Shown here: in pieces, positions 21,781 through 34,300 of the stretch
Layout of the letters: every line of letters starts with the position of its first letter
Numbering within the stretch: position 1 is the stretch's first letter
Assembly (NCBI GenBank): GCA_002811645.1
Contig: PDIP01000131.1
Span: 10,849-73,126 of the forward strand
Reading direction: 5' to 3'
Source: Corallochytrium limacisporum Hawaii
Lineage: Eukaryota > Protista > Pluriformea
DNA length: 62,278 bases
Position numbers and translations under genes: made by a program
The notes under the pieces: generated by a model
What the model saw: only the letters and a program-made list of their open reading frames with translations
The model's database searches: none
What the model was told of the DNA's origin: nothing

Positions 21781-23760
21781 CTACAATTCAACTCCCGCAG
21801 GACAGACGGGGAATGTAGCCACTTGCTCTTCACCATACACAATCTTGATGATCATGTCCTTTGCACTCAGCCCGGCCGCCAGCAGACCCGCTGCCCCACC
21901 TACCACAGCAATAAAGATCCACAGGCCTTGCATACCTCGGGAGAGGGGCAAGTCCAATGTACGCGTGGCAATGACACGGAAGACACAGGGAAGCACAAGG
22001 CCAATGATGGCCGCCGTACTGCCTCCTAGGATACCGATAATGTCACCAAAGTAAGGCAGAACAAGTGCGGTTGCCAGGATAAGCAGCACCATGGTGCCAC
22101 GCATGACATAGTTCCACAGGTTGGGCAGCTGCGGGTAGGTCGCTGTGTGACCACCGAGCTCGGCCATCTTCGCCTCCAAGTGAGCAAAGAGTGGATTCGT
22201 ATAGACCGTGAAAGCTGCCAATAGCTGAAGCGTGAAAGCGCCACTGATGACGTACCATAACGGTGTCATGCGCACGTCCTCAAGAATATTTCCCGTCAGG
22301 CGACATCCAAGCATATAGTAGCTCACCACACCGAGCCACATGTACAATGCTGTCGAGATGGCTACAGCCACCAGCACTGACCACTTGAGCAAGTGTGGGC
22401 GGCGCATGCTCTTCGCCACGGCTGGGAGGATGGGCTGGGGTCCATAGGAAAACATGATGGTGGCAAAGCCGAGCAGCATAGTGGCTGGTTTCATTTCCGC
22501 AGGAATCCACTGCCATGTCTGGATAGGATCTTGTGATTCCATAGTCATGCTCGTGTCCTGAGCCAACCCCGTCATGTTATCGCTTCCCAGCTGCGGCTCC
22601 GTGCCTTCTGCCATAAAACTATCTGGTTCTGCCAAGGGCGGGGAGGTATACTCGATCAACGTGATGAACAGGGCTGCCAATGCACAGGCCGCCACTCCAC
22701 CCAAGCTCACGTAGCTCAGCTTGCCCATGTCTCGATACATGGCTGGCCACATGACAATAAAACAGCAGATGATGGAATAGTGCGTGGGGGTTAGGACGGG
22801 AAAGACGTGTCCCAGGATTCGTGAAATATTCTGGCCGCTGCCGACCAGGTACAGCACGGCATCGCCGTAACATGTCGTGAGCTGACAGGCCAAAACCGCC
22901 CTCCGCCCCCAGTCTCCAGCAATGTGGAAACCCAGATCTGCATAGGTCATGGCCTGACCGTCCGGCACCCCGTCCCGCATGTGGCGTTTCTCAAAGCTGG
23001 TCACCGCACGATGGCATTCACTGATTTCGCATACGTCGCCGTTGGCATGGACGTGGAACCTACCGTCAGCGCTGTCGGATGTGTGGGTGTGCAGCAGACG
23101 CTGGTGCTCCTGGTGGTGCAGATGCCGCTGCTGGTATTCGAGATCGCATTCACTGTCACACTCGATAGGGGGTGGACTGCTAACCAGGCGCGCCGTTTCA
23201 ATGTAAAGCGGACTGGCCGCAATCATTGTGTCGCTCAGAATGGACTGTCGCGACTCTTCCGCTCCCGTTGAATCAACACCTACACTAGTGCGACTATGGC
23301 CGTTGACTATCCCGTCTCCATTTTGGACACGACGGTCGGTTACGCTTGTCCGATTGTTAGGATGCTGTACCCCAGCGATGCCATCGGCGAGCTCTGTGAA
23401 TTCGCCGGAGACCCGCGTGATGGCAACCAGCGGTTTGTCTTCGTCAGTAGCACCGTAGGCGGTCTGCATGGTCTCAGGTCCTGGGCTCGCGACGACCCCG
23501 GGAAGGGATCGAGTGCTGTTGTGGTAGCTGGCATACTTGCCTTGCGCAATCAAAAGGTCGACAATGAGCAGGGAGGTTAGGGTTTGCAGCAGGGCGGCAA
23601 ACGCCAGCACAAACCCTCCGTACCAGCCAAAGGCCGCCAAAGCCATGGGAATGCCCAGAATTCCCGCGCCCATGATAGAACACAGCACGGGGAGAGATGC
23701 CTTCATGATCTCCAGGACGACACCCATGCGAGCATCGGGTTCTCCGTGGCAGGTCGCCAT
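21781..23760 (-). CDS. Amino acid transporter, AAAP/Aa_trans (SLC36/38-like) family, with a large loop insertion
   Basis: IMGAGILGIPMALAAFGW, TYADLG, FATIMFSYG and LPYFGDIIGILG...LVLP; ~11 TM segments; first ATG at 23760. Confidence 0.92.
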   Translation of the reverse strand: MATCHGEPDARMGVVLEIMKASLPVLCSIMGAGILGIPMALAAFGWYGGFVLAFAALLQTLTSLLIVDLLIAQGKYASYHNSTRSLPGVVASPGPETMQTAYGATDEDKPLVAITRVSGEFTELADGIAGVQHPNNRTSVTDRRVQNGDGIVNGHSRTSVGVDSTGAEESRQSILSDTMIAASPLYIETARLVSSPPPIECDSECDLEYQQRHLHHQEHQRLLHTHTSDSADGRFHVHANGDVCEISECHRAVTSFEKRHMRDGVPDGQAMTYADLGFHIAGDWGRRAVLACQLTTCYGDAVLYLVGSGQNISRILGHVFPVLTPTHYSIICCFIVMWPAMYRDMGKLSYVSLGGVAACALAALFITLIEYTSPPLAEPDSFMAEGTEPQLGSDNMTGLAQDTSMTMESQDPIQTWQWIPAEMKPATMLLGFATIMFSYGPQPILPAVAKSMRRPHLLKWSVLVAVAISTALYMWLGVVSYYMLGCRLTGNILEDVRMTPLWYVISGAFTLQLLAAFTVYTNPLFAHLEAKMAELGGHTATYPQLPNLWNYVMRGTMVLLILATALVLPYFGDIIGILGGSTAAIIGLVLPCVFRVIATRTLDLPLSRGMQGLWIFIAVVGGAAGLLAAGLSAKDMIIKIVYGEEQVATFPVCPAGVEL

Positions 23761-24199
23761 TGTGTTACTCTTGTGGCCAAGACTGCGAGCCAAACCGAGA
23801 TGAGAGAGGTGCCTTCTTACAGCGATTTACGGCAAGCTATCTTGAAAGCGTTCTCTCAGACCATCTGAGGACGTGATCCCGGCGCTATCACTCCCCTTGG
23901 GTTCCAAACACGCTCAAGACCAGTCTGTTCAAACACGCATTGCGCGCTTGCAAGCTTGCCTACTCCTGATTTACACTGGTCGAACGGTAACAAAAAGTGA
24001 CTCCATCGTGCTCAATATGGAGATACCCCATGGCTCTGCATCTCAAGTAGCCAGGCGTAAGAGATACTGGGATTCATGGCACCAGTGCTCCGAATTTTCC
24101 CGCCTCGGTGCACCAGAAAAGGTGGAAGGTTGCGAGCAAAAGGGTCCAAGCGAGAGAGAGAGAGCGAGGCAGAGATCTCCCCCACACCGCCCCGCCAAC

Positions 24200-24361
24200 T
24201 GCGAATTTGTCCCCCCCCCCCCCCCCCCCACCTGCCAATTTGTCCCCCCCCCCCCCTCCACCTCCGACCGAGCACGGGCGCCACTTCTCCCTCCCTTTTC
24301 CCCGCTGGGGAAGGAGGGAAGTCTCCCGACTTCCCTTTCTACGCACACGCAGACACGGGGT

Positions 24362-24411
<50 letters not shown>

Positions 24412-24572
24412 NNNNNNNNNNNNNNNNNNNNNNNNNNNNNNNNNNNNNNNNNNNNNNNNNNNNNNNNNNNNNNNNNNNNNNNNNNNNNNNNNNNNNNNNN
24501 NNNNNNNNNNNNNNNNNNNNNNNNNNNNNNNNNNNNNNNNNNNNNNNNNNNNNNNNNNNNNNNNNNNNNNNN

Positions 24573-24615
<43 letters not shown>

Positions 24616-25815
24616 CACTTGCGAGGCGCCACGCTCCAGAGGGGGAGGGTTTAAGCGCGGGGAGATTTTTTTCTTTTTCCTCGAACCCAGCCTTGTTGCG
24701 GGTAGGAAAGGAGGAGAGGCGAGGCCAGGGGAGGCAGGCAGAGAGGGGTAGAAAGGGGGGGGGATGTTTTGGAGTATTTTCTTGGGCTTTCTATTTTTTT
24801 TTCTTTGGATGTGGAAGCAACGGCGGTGGTAAAACCCCGACCGGGGAGGGAGGAAGGGAACCGCCAAAGGCGGACGATTTTTTTCTTCTTCCTCTTTTTT
24901 TTTTCCTTTTGGGCACGGGGGTATTATATTTCCTGGTCCAAGGGAAAAGGGAAGGGAGAGAAAGAAAGATAGACAAAGGGAAAATAAAAACGAGAAAGGA
25001 TGGGCAAAGAGACAGAGAGACTACCCAACCATCGCCAGTTTCGGTGGTTTCCGTAATGGTGGTGGTGGTGGGAGGGGGAGCAGCAGCAGCAGCAGCACGC
25101 GTATCAAAAACGGCAAAAGCCCACACACACACACAAAATCGATCAAGAAAAAAGGGAAAAAGAAACCGGGGGGAAAATGCGCCATAAAGCCGTGGGTAAT
25201 GAACTTGGAACTGGGGAAATAAAAGATAGCAAAAGAGCAATGCGGCACACACACACACCGCACCCAAGAGACAAAATTACAAAAAAAATAGGAAAGTTTT
25301 AAAGTAAAAGTCTACAGAACCCCCCCCCCCCCCGGGGGGAGGGGCACCAAATCCCACTCCCGCACCCACCGACACATTCCTTACCCAAAAAAACACAAAA
25401 GCATTCTTAACCACCCCTCCCCAAAAAAACCTCGGTATTTTTACTATGGATCCTGGAGGAGGGAGCGCCTCCCCCCGGGGGGGGGGGGGCGCGTTCGGAA
25501 CCAAGCACGAGTGTTGTGCTTTTTTGGTTGTGTGGGAAATAGGCGGTGCCGACGACTCATGACAACGACCCCTGGTCTTTCCCTCGCAATTTCGGTACAT
25601 TCACTATAAAATACGGGAGTCGATTTATGGGTACCGGTCCGGGGCCTAATTAGATCATCAGGAGTGATGGCAAGTCCTCCCCGGGGGGAGGCCAAGGCGC
25701 TTAGGGAAGAGGGGGGGTTACCTTCCGCTGCTACCACTATCGCCATCACTTCCCCCCTTTGCACACGATCACCAACCCTTCCTTTGTGCAAGCAGGACAT
25801 ACGTCCTCTGCGAAA

Positions 25816-25846
<31 letters not shown>

Positions 25847-25900
25847 CTTCTCTCCACCTCTCACTTTCTTTATCCCTTTCATCTCCTCTCCCTCCCCCTC
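24200..25900. repeat. (CT)n/(GA)n, (CA)n, (GCA)n and C/G/A homopolymer island with N-gap
   Basis: Direct reading; gap 24412-24572 lies within a (CT)n tract. Confidence 0.85.
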
Positions 25901-26005
25901 CATCGTGCGCTGAGATACCACTCTCCCTGTTCTCCACCCGTCCCGGGGGCCCTCCACCATCGGGACCGGATCTCCGCGGTTGGGTGGCGCATGGTTTGTG
26001 CGCAC

Positions 26006-26686
26006 TTACTGCTGCTTTATGGGCTGCTGCCAGGCCTCCTGCATGATGTCATGCAGTTCCACCAGACCTGCTGCAAAGTAATGTGCCATGCTATCGTGCT
26101 GGGTGTTGTAGTCCTGTCGGATCATGCAGGTTAAACTATTGGCCGAGAGGCCACAGGTTATGTCGTCCGGGTGATCACCAACCATCAGCAGATGCTCCGT
26201 GTCTACCTGCATGACAATGTCTGCGAGATGGTGGAGCGCTGCAGGATTGGGCTTGCACGGCTTGAAATCTCGCGTGAGAATTTCCACGAACACATCATGG
26301 CGTCCAACCTTGTTCAGGAAGGCATCGACCGCGAATCGATTGTTTCGCGTAACCAGTCCTACCGGATAGCGCAGATCGTCCTTCAGCCAGCTTAGCAGCT
26401 CAACAGTGCCGTCCATGAGCTTTAGGTGCTCTAGTGCCTCTGTCTCGACATCTTCGATAACCTGGAGACAGCGATCCCGTTCTTCCGGTTCGAAGCCCAT
26501 GACCGTCTCCAGGATCGGCTTTCCCGTTGGCACGTTGGTTAGGCGCCGCATCTTGTCAAAGTCAATGGCAGGGATCGTCAGGGTCCCGTCCATATCGAAG
26601 ACAACTCCTTTTACATGTGACTTGAGTGCTGCTTTAAAGGCATCCCGAGCCATGCGTCGGTTAGTTTTAACAGCCGTTCTGATCAT
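26006..26686 (-). CDS. HAD-superfamily hydrolase/phosphatase
   Basis: Motif I FDMDGTL, motif II LVTRN, motif III KPNP and motif IV MVGDHPDD; Arg-rich, acid-free N-terminus. Confidence 0.93.
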   Translation of the reverse strand: MIRTAVKTNRRMARDAFKAALKSHVKGVVFDMDGTLTIPAIDFDKMRRLTNVPTGKPILETVMGFEPEERDRCLQVIEDVETEALEHLKLMDGTVELLSWLKDDLRYPVGLVTRNNRFAVDAFLNKVGRHDVFVEILTRDFKPCKPNPAALHHLADIVMQVDTEHLLMVGDHPDDITCGLSANSLTCMIRQDYNTQHDSMAHYFAAGLVELHDIMQEAWQQPIKQQ

Positions 26687-27138
26687 TTTTCAGTCTGGTA
26701 GTTTTCACCCGTCCTGTTCATTCCTAATCACCAACTCTCTCACGCAATATTTTCTGGTCCATGAGCAGACAAAGTCCGTCAGTGTACACAAACTAAGCAT
26801 AACAGTACGGAAATCTACCGATCCGAACCAACCGAACAAAGAGAGAGTCCCTTGACAAGCACGGACAAGTGAGCGCGAGTGCTGGAATCCCACCCAAAAA
26901 GAATACCTTCCTCCGCAGCGGGTGGGGCGGGGCCGGCCTTCGCGAGCGCAGCCCCTCCCCCGCCTTTTTCCCCGGGGGGAGCCCCACGCGCTGAAGTGCG
27001 CAAGCACAGCGGGGGGGTCCACCCTTCGGTACCGAACCACGATAACGAGCCTTACAACGCTTTGTTTGGATCTATTTTGAATCTTGTAAACAGTTTGAGT
27101 CTTGAAAAACCACCACATCCAGAGAAAGAGAGACACTT

Positions 27139-29700
27139 TCACCGTACGAACTCCGTGCTACGCAAATGTTGGAGCCGCAACTGTACTTCGTCACCGCGCG
27201 GTTGGTCCAGGAAGGACAGACGGTGGCTACGGTAGGTCCGGTAGATCCGCGCTATCGAATTCTCCACGGCGTCAAAGAGAGCCTCAATGTCGTGATGCAC
27301 GGCCAGCGCGGCACGACCGTCAGCAACGGGCGGGGGCAGCTTCGAAAGCATCGCGAGATTGGCGTCAAGCAGCAGGAGACGGTACATCAGTCCGTCCAAA
27401 ACGGTAAACACAACCCCTTTCGTGTCTTCCACTCCAGCCTTCTCGAGTAGGTCGGTTGTCAATTCCAGGACCGTGAGGTAGAGGTGCCAGGGTCGGAGAA
27501 TGTGATGCTGGTCAATGACGGTAGGCCCCTTTTCCGGCCCAGACGATCCATCGCCGGCAGCCGTAATTGTGGTTGGACCGGCAGTCTGCGGGCGTTCGGT
27601 GCCTACTCGGCGTCGTCCTTGGGCCGTTGTCGGCCTGATCCCAGCAGTGGCGCCCATAGGTGGGCCAAAGGGTGTCACGTAGCGCTGGGCATGATGCTGC
27701 GATCCTTGCCCATAGCCCTGTCCAATGCCTTTCGTGAGGCCCAGCAAAGGAAGAAGCGTGTCCTTCACCGATTTCAACGCTGTGTCAATGCCAAAGAAGA
27801 ACGATCCTTGGCGGCGCCCGTGGCTAGTGCCTGGTCGACTCGCACCCGCTCCGCGCCGGTGCTGCGGTTGCTGCCACAGAGCGTCCGGAATTGTTGAACG
27901 ACCGGCACCACCACCGCTAGGGCGACGGTGAGTGAATTTTGTGTGCGCAGGAGCCGCTGCATAGGTTGGTCGACCGCGTCCTCCGATCCCCGCCGCATCC
28001 GCTGTGGCTGGTCGACTGCCCGCTCCGCCCGAAGCGCGGTGGTAGTGATCCGTAACGCCCTCCGCAGTGGACGCCACGTTCCGACGAGCTCCATCGAGCA
28101 GTGTCTCAGTCTCTGCGGTAACATCCTCTAGCAGTCCGGCCACGAACTCCATCAGTGCCATCCATCGCGCCATGCTAGCGCTGTGGCCGTCACCAATGAG
28201 TCGAAGGCGCCGCGAGCGGTCGTGAGCGATAGCCTGGCGCAGGTCGATTGCCGCAGCCAAACGGAAGCACGAGTCACTTGCGTCTTCGCGCATCGCCGCC
28301 CCGGCAGCCAGTCCAACATCATGGAGTGCACCGGTAAATGGGTTCGAGCGTGCCAGGGGAGTCATCATTGCAGCGATACAGAGATCATTGACGTCCGTGC
28401 CCGGCGGCGCGTACGCGGCCCAGGGCTCGCGCTGGGGCAGGGCGATGACCGAGTGCACTACCGCGCGTGCGACCGCGAAACGGTATTGAACAACGGCATG
28501 GATGGCCATGACAATTGCCACATTGCCCCCGAGCAAGGCGCTGTGATACAGTGTTGTAGCTAGCGTAGCGTACACTTCGGCGAGGAACATGGATGTCGAC
28601 GCCGTGCCGGAGATGGAAACGCTTGGCGTCTCTTCTGCTCCACCGAGAACCGCGGTTTGCACACCCTGCACCATGCCAACCAGAGCGCTAAGCAGCAGCG
28701 CTGAGCCTGACTCAGACGCAGGATCACGGTCCAAATTCTCGAATAGTGTCTCTGCGTGGCTCCGGCGCGTGCCACCGATGCCAGCTCCTTCTGCACCGTT
28801 GCCAGTGCCGCTGCTCAACAGCGACGATCCCACTCCCCCGAGGTCTTGTACTGTCGCGACACTTACGGTGAGGACCGCACAGGCCATGGCCACTCCCACA
28901 ACCGTCAACGGCAGAACGGTCGATCGCTGTGACTGCTGAAGCTCGTCCCGAACGAGCTGGTACGGACGCTTCGGAATTGGAGCCGGTGGACAGTAGTCTA
29001 AGTTCCGCAGCTGATGCCAAAGAGCACGGCAGAGACCAGCGACCGCACCATGGGCTGCAATGGTCATCGGGCAAGGCAAAACGTTGGCGCCGTCGCAAGC
29101 AAAGGGCAGCAAATAAGCACCTGAGGGTCCTGCTTCTCCTGCCGCGAGCCCAAGTAGCGCATAGAGCACCCACGCTGTAACCGCCCCCGTTACAGCAAAA
29201 GCAAGATCTAGCGCTAAAGAACGGAGGCGAATCAGTCGCAATGGACGCGCTAGAAAGCGAGTACGGATGTTGCCGTGGCCACGGTAGCAGTGGGCCCGGG
29301 CCTGGAGCATGCCCGTCGTGAACAGGTCGTTGACAACTAGAACGCCCCAGAGCAACAGGAAATAGAGAACGTACACGATTGTCTTGCCGACGGCGCCCAT
29401 GGCTCTTCGAGTGGTGCGTGATCCAGCACGCCGCCCGCCGCCTCGCGTGCTGTCATTGCTGGTTCCAAAGATGTCACTGTCCGCTGAGTGTTCTGTCGGA
29501 TCACCGCTCTTGCTACTACTGTTCACGTCCCAGGTTAATAAGAATAGCCGTGCTACGATCATCCACCCAACGCACATGAGTAGGAAATGGAAGGCAGTGC
29601 GGGTATTGGCGCGAATGTACTGATCTCTGGCAATGGATCGGCGCATGCCAAAGATCTGGCGCAGGCTGGCACTAGACCCGGTCCTGAGTGCCGGGTTCAT
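27139..29700 (-). CDS. NDC1: Transmembrane nucleoporin NDC1-like
   Basis: Several N-terminal TM helices, a low-complexity middle region and the C-terminal block LLEKAGVEDTKGVV...LDGLMYRLLLL...IARIYRTY, resembling the Ndc1 'SxxEDxxGxVQ' and 'lxxIxxxF' blocks. Confidence 0.7.
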   Translation of the reverse strand: MNPALRTGSSASLRQIFGMRRSIARDQYIRANTRTAFHFLLMCVGWMIVARLFLLTWDVNSSSKSGDPTEHSADSDIFGTSNDSTRGGGRRAGSRTTRRAMGAVGKTIVYVLYFLLLWGVLVVNDLFTTGMLQARAHCYRGHGNIRTRFLARPLRLIRLRSLALDLAFAVTGAVTAWVLYALLGLAAGEAGPSGAYLLPFACDGANVLPCPMTIAAHGAVAGLCRALWHQLRNLDYCPPAPIPKRPYQLVRDELQQSQRSTVLPLTVVGVAMACAVLTVSVATVQDLGGVGSSLLSSGTGNGAEGAGIGGTRRSHAETLFENLDRDPASESGSALLLSALVGMVQGVQTAVLGGAEETPSVSISGTASTSMFLAEVYATLATTLYHSALLGGNVAIVMAIHAVVQYRFAVARAVVHSVIALPQREPWAAYAPPGTDVNDLCIAAMMTPLARSNPFTGALHDVGLAAGAAMREDASDSCFRLAAAIDLRQAIAHDRSRRLRLIGDGHSASMARWMALMEFVAGLLEDVTAETETLLDGARRNVASTAEGVTDHYHRASGGAGSRPATADAAGIGGRGRPTYAAAPAHTKFTHRRPSGGGAGRSTIPDALWQQPQHRRGAGASRPGTSHGRRQGSFFFGIDTALKSVKDTLLPLLGLTKGIGQGYGQGSQHHAQRYVTPFGPPMGATAGIRPTTAQGRRRVGTERPQTAGPTTITAAGDGSSGPEKGPTVIDQHHILRPWHLYLTVLELTTDLLEKAGVEDTKGVVFTVLDGLMYRLLLLDANLAMLSKLPPPVADGRAALAVHHDIEALFDAVENSIARIYRTYRSHRLSFLDQPRGDEVQLRLQHLRSTEFVR

Positions 29701-30559
29701 TCTTGCTTTGTTTGCGTTGTCTATGTTCTATTGATATTTTACAAATGTACCCCCATGACCACGTGTGTGCACGCGTTACATATGTGTGTGTTTCTCAGGA
29801 TGTAAGTGTATAATCTTGTGTGCCTATGCGAGTTCACATGTCTGGTCCCGGAGCTTTCATTACCTTTGGGTTCGTGCGCGTGATCGCAGTTGTTTGTGAC
29901 TGAGCAAACGGACCTTGGTCACACGGGTCAGTATTCGAAATCTCAAATAGCCACCTGTACACAGAGCACACACGTTCACTCACCCCCGGTCGGACGAACC
30001 CTCCGGTGACGTGGACTCCAGCGGCCAACCCAATCCTTCGTGCACCTTCAAAACGGGAAACGAGGGGGCCACCACCGCACACGGACCGAATGGGCCGTCC
30101 GAGCTGGGAACACCCCCCCCCCCTTTCCCGCGGGGCCACCGCTCTGTTTCCACTGTTGGCTCCCTGCTTCGCCCAGGGGATCTCGCTTTCCGAACCCCTA
30201 TTCCCAGGATTTGCGGCCCTGGGCAACATCCAGTGTTCAATGGGGCCCGCATATGGGTTGATACTACATTGGCAGGACGTAGCATGTCCCCTGGTGGAAT
30301 CACAGCTGCGATCACACATTGTGTTGTTGGGCAATACCCAGTGCGATCTGTTTGCATGCATGACTTCACAAGTCTTCTAGCATCCTTGTCTCTCTCGTTT
30401 GCCCTGTCTCCTCTATCGCTCTTCATGTCATCTGCGGTGTCTTGTCCTCGTTGCAGGGATGGTGGTGACCCATATTGTTTTCTTTCCTTCCGTGTGTTGG
30501 TGAAACCCAGATACAGAGGAGCCGTTTCGGTCTCCGAACGACCGAGAGGCACCAATCAC

Positions 30560-30913
30560 AACACACACGCACACGCCGTCACCGTGCCCGCCGCCCGCCC
30601 CCCCCNNNNNNNNNNNNNNNNNNNNNNNNNNNNNNNNNNNNNNNNNNNNNNNNNNNNNNNNNNNNNNNNNNNNNNNNNNNNNNNNNNNNNNNNNNNNNNN
30701 NNNNNNNNNNNNNNNNNNNNNNNNNNNNNNNNNNNNNNNNNNNNNNNNNNNNNNNNNNNNNNNNNNNNNNNNNNNNNNNNNNNNNNNNNNNNNNNNNNNN
30801 NNNNNNNNNNNNNNNNNNNNNNNNNNNNNNNNNNNNNNNNNNNNNNNNNNNNNNNNNNNNNNNNNNNNNNNNNNNNNCACACACACGCACACGCACAACA
30901 GCAGAAAGTATCC

Positions 30914-30988
<75 letters not shown>

Positions 30989-31042
30989 CGCGTGTGTTGT
31001 TCCTTTGGCGCACACACACACACTACCCCCAACCGCGAAAAG

Positions 31043-31076
<34 letters not shown>

Positions 31077-31382
31077 CAGGGCACCGGGCCCTCTCAAAAA
31101 CCGGGGCCCTCGCCGGGGGTTTTTCGCGCGCTTCTGGCGCTCTCGCTCTCGCTCTCTCTCTCTCTCTCTCTCCCGCTCTCTCTGCCGGCTTGGCCGGGAA
31201 AAAAAGGCCGCGGAGAGAGAGAGGGGGGCCCCACCAAAGAAAAAAAAAAAGAGAAAGCAAAACTTTCCTGGGGTATTGCTTTGAAACATATTCCGGGGGC
31301 ATAGAATATATTTATATATTTGTAATCATAAAATCTATTGTGCCGGATTCACCCGGCCGGCAGTTGGGTGGGGGGGGGGGTT
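30560..31382. repeat. (CA)n/(CT)n/(GA)n microsatellite island with N-gap, upstream of NDC1
   Basis: Direct reading; gap 30606-30877. Confidence 0.85.
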
Positions 31383-34300
31383 TTTGCCGGGACTAAGGGG
31401 AAGTGTGCGATGGCGGAGCTTTGCACACCAAGCGATGGTGTGGACACAAATCCTCCAAAAGAAGGAAAAGAACGAAACTCCAATAGACGTGGACGAGCAA
31501 AATGCAACGGTAGTACAGCGAATTGTATGAGGTTGGTAGAAAAATGGAGAGTAGATGGTTAATGATGATGGACTGGGAAAGAACAACGCGGACAACAAAG
31601 ATGTGCAGCGAGAGAAGAGCGCGATAAAACAGAAAGAGGTAGGGGAGCGGGAGGGGGCCAAAGTGACAAGCAGAGAATTTTCAGATACCTTGCGTAACGA
31701 TTGCAAAACTGTAGCGCCCTATTGCGCTTGCCATGGGGTCACAGTGAGACAAGGGGGACCTAGGGCATCATTGTAGGCAGAAAAAGGGAACAAGAAAGTG
31801 CAGCACCGCTACGTGTGTCAAAAAAGGACGACCTTTTATTAATGCTTTCACTTTCTTGCTGCTTGAAGAAATTTTTCGGTAGTTTTTCTATGGAACATCG
31901 ACTGGAACAGATGACAAATAGGGCAATGGCGCGTTACATACAGTGTGGGAGATAACGGTACCTGCCAGACTTCAAAGGGTGGTACATGGCCGTACTTAGT
32001 TGTTACATTCGTGCGTGTAAGATATCCAACCCTCACGTAGGCTCTCGGGGTAGAGAAAGATCAAGGAAGCCCTATGCGCCAATACCATGTTTCTTAGGCA
32101 CTCTTTGTATTTAGTTGAATAGCAAGCGCTCGCTTACCCCGAACAGGAAGCGCCTTTCGTTGTTGAACCCCTCCCGTATTCCAAACAATCCCGTGATCCA
32201 CGCTATGGTCACCGTCGACGCATACCAAAAGGAGTGGCACGCACTACTACTTCTGCATAATGCTTCCACGTTGGTTACGTTCCGGTATTTGTTCAGTTCG
32301 AAGTAGTTGCCGCCCGACACATCATTCCCGGCCAGCTCACCCTAAGGGGCGGGGTCGGGAGAGAGCGTCAGTCAGGGATCGGCATCTGTGCTTCAACGGT
32401 AACGAACACACGAAGACTGACGGGACGGGAGACACGCAAAGGGACCGGCATCGGCAGGCACCATTATCGCAGTACAGGTGTTAGTTAATTCGGGGTTTCA
32501 TTTCATGATGTGTAGGCTACCCACTTGTGGGCCCATTAAGATATGATCCACCAAAAAATTGCCCGCTGCCAGCAATTACAGTACTATCTATTCGTTGGCT
32601 GCACCACACAGGGCCGACCATGCCTCGAAAAGCTGCATTTTGGATTCTCGTACCCTTAGGATACTTTAACAACTATAAAGCTTTTTGGAATCAAAATATA
32701 AATAAATCAAAGAATATATTTTGCCTTTAAGATCTATTAAATAGTATCTAGTAGCCTTGTTCCGAGTTTTTCTATAATTTATGAATCAGAATGAAACTTA
32801 ATCAATGTCTATAATAATATGTACCGGTGTACGGTGCCCGGGATTCGATCTGCATGCGAGAGAACACCCGGCAAACAACGTTAGGGCCGAGAGCGCGAGA
32901 GTTGGGGGGGATTTTGCCCCCAGGGGTTTTTGCCAATTGCGGCTCCGAGAGCTGTATCCCTCGGGGGTACAGAATTCTAAATGGCAAGGGAGGGAAGAAA
33001 TCGGAGCGGCGGTAGGAATCGGACTGACTGCACTGTGCTAAAATTAGCACAGGCAAGGCAGTGCAGGAGGCCCAAACACCAAGCAAACAGGCGAGCTTGC
33101 CTGCCAAGGAATGGTGTAGGGAGGTTGTGGTCCCGCGAAGTTGCCTACATCGCCGGTTATTGACGGGCGGAACAGTTCCAACGTGCATGCAAGAAGCAGA
33201 CTTGCAACTGTAACGGTCGAAATAACAAGCACTGCAGCAAGCATGGGAAGTATGTCCTTCTTCGAAACCATGTATGCTTCGGACGGGTTGTAGCTGTTCT
33301 CGGACCGATAAGTGATGCTCGGAAGCAATCTTCGTTGTTGTGAGTGCAGCACTGTACAATGTCGGGTTCCCGTCAAATGATGCCTCTGTGACACAGTGGC
33401 ATGCGTCACCGATTGGGCAACTGCGTGTGGTCTTGTTTGAGATAGAAGTGGAACACAAGAGTGCAAACGTTCATCATCATCATCATTGCATGCCACGATC
33501 CCGCAATGCTTTCGATCCAAAGCTCAGACGTCTGCAGTCTCGCACTAAGATGATCCTAGAGGTTCCCGGATGAAAAGGTGAGCGCCCGACACCAACAGAG
33601 GATTGGGACACCTACGCAAGCTTTTTTCCATCTCTTTTCGTCTTCCCTTTTCATGCCCGTTGGGACGTCAGTTGAATTCTGATCGCGACAAGCCGGATGT
33701 ACATGCATGTTAACCCAGAGCTCCTTCGCCGATGAAAGTGCCTGGTGTTCGAGAGTGGCCATCATCAACAGCTCTCCACGGTACCGGACCAATGAACAAT
33801 ATAGGTGTATTCATAATACCTGGTGTGGTCAGCGTCCATGTGGGACAAATTTCAAGCCCTGCAAGCGTTGCGAAAGGGACCGCTCCTCTTTAGCAGTCGG
33901 TTTATGAGCGTAGCAACTAGATGCGCAGTTTTTTGAATCACTGAGTGTACTTCGAACTGGCGCGCGCGCCATTGGGTGGTTGTCCAGTTGCCTTACCAGT
34001 GCTGCCGTAAAATCCGCTTGATGACAACAGCAGCTGTAAACACAATGTTCAAGGCAGCACTTCCGCCCTAGGTCAGACCTACACTAAAGCCCACTTTCAT
34101 GCGAAGCCGACAATGAGTGTTCAGAATCACGGGGTTTTGTGAGAAGCCTTGATACAATGTTGATGACGGCAAGTGATTATCATCTATCAAAATATCAGCC
34201 GCAATTGTATTGGTTGTAGGACTCCGTCCGCTTTCACTGAGAATCTCAGGGTGAATGCTGCCCCATCCCCTGGTGGCAGAAACACATGTTTTCAAGGACC

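Noticed and set aside
23873-25267. Long ORFs with LSLSLS/ERERER tracts (also at 30011-31396, 12912-13594 and 59179-59780)
   Set aside because: They are translations of microsatellites and N-gaps that lack stop codons.
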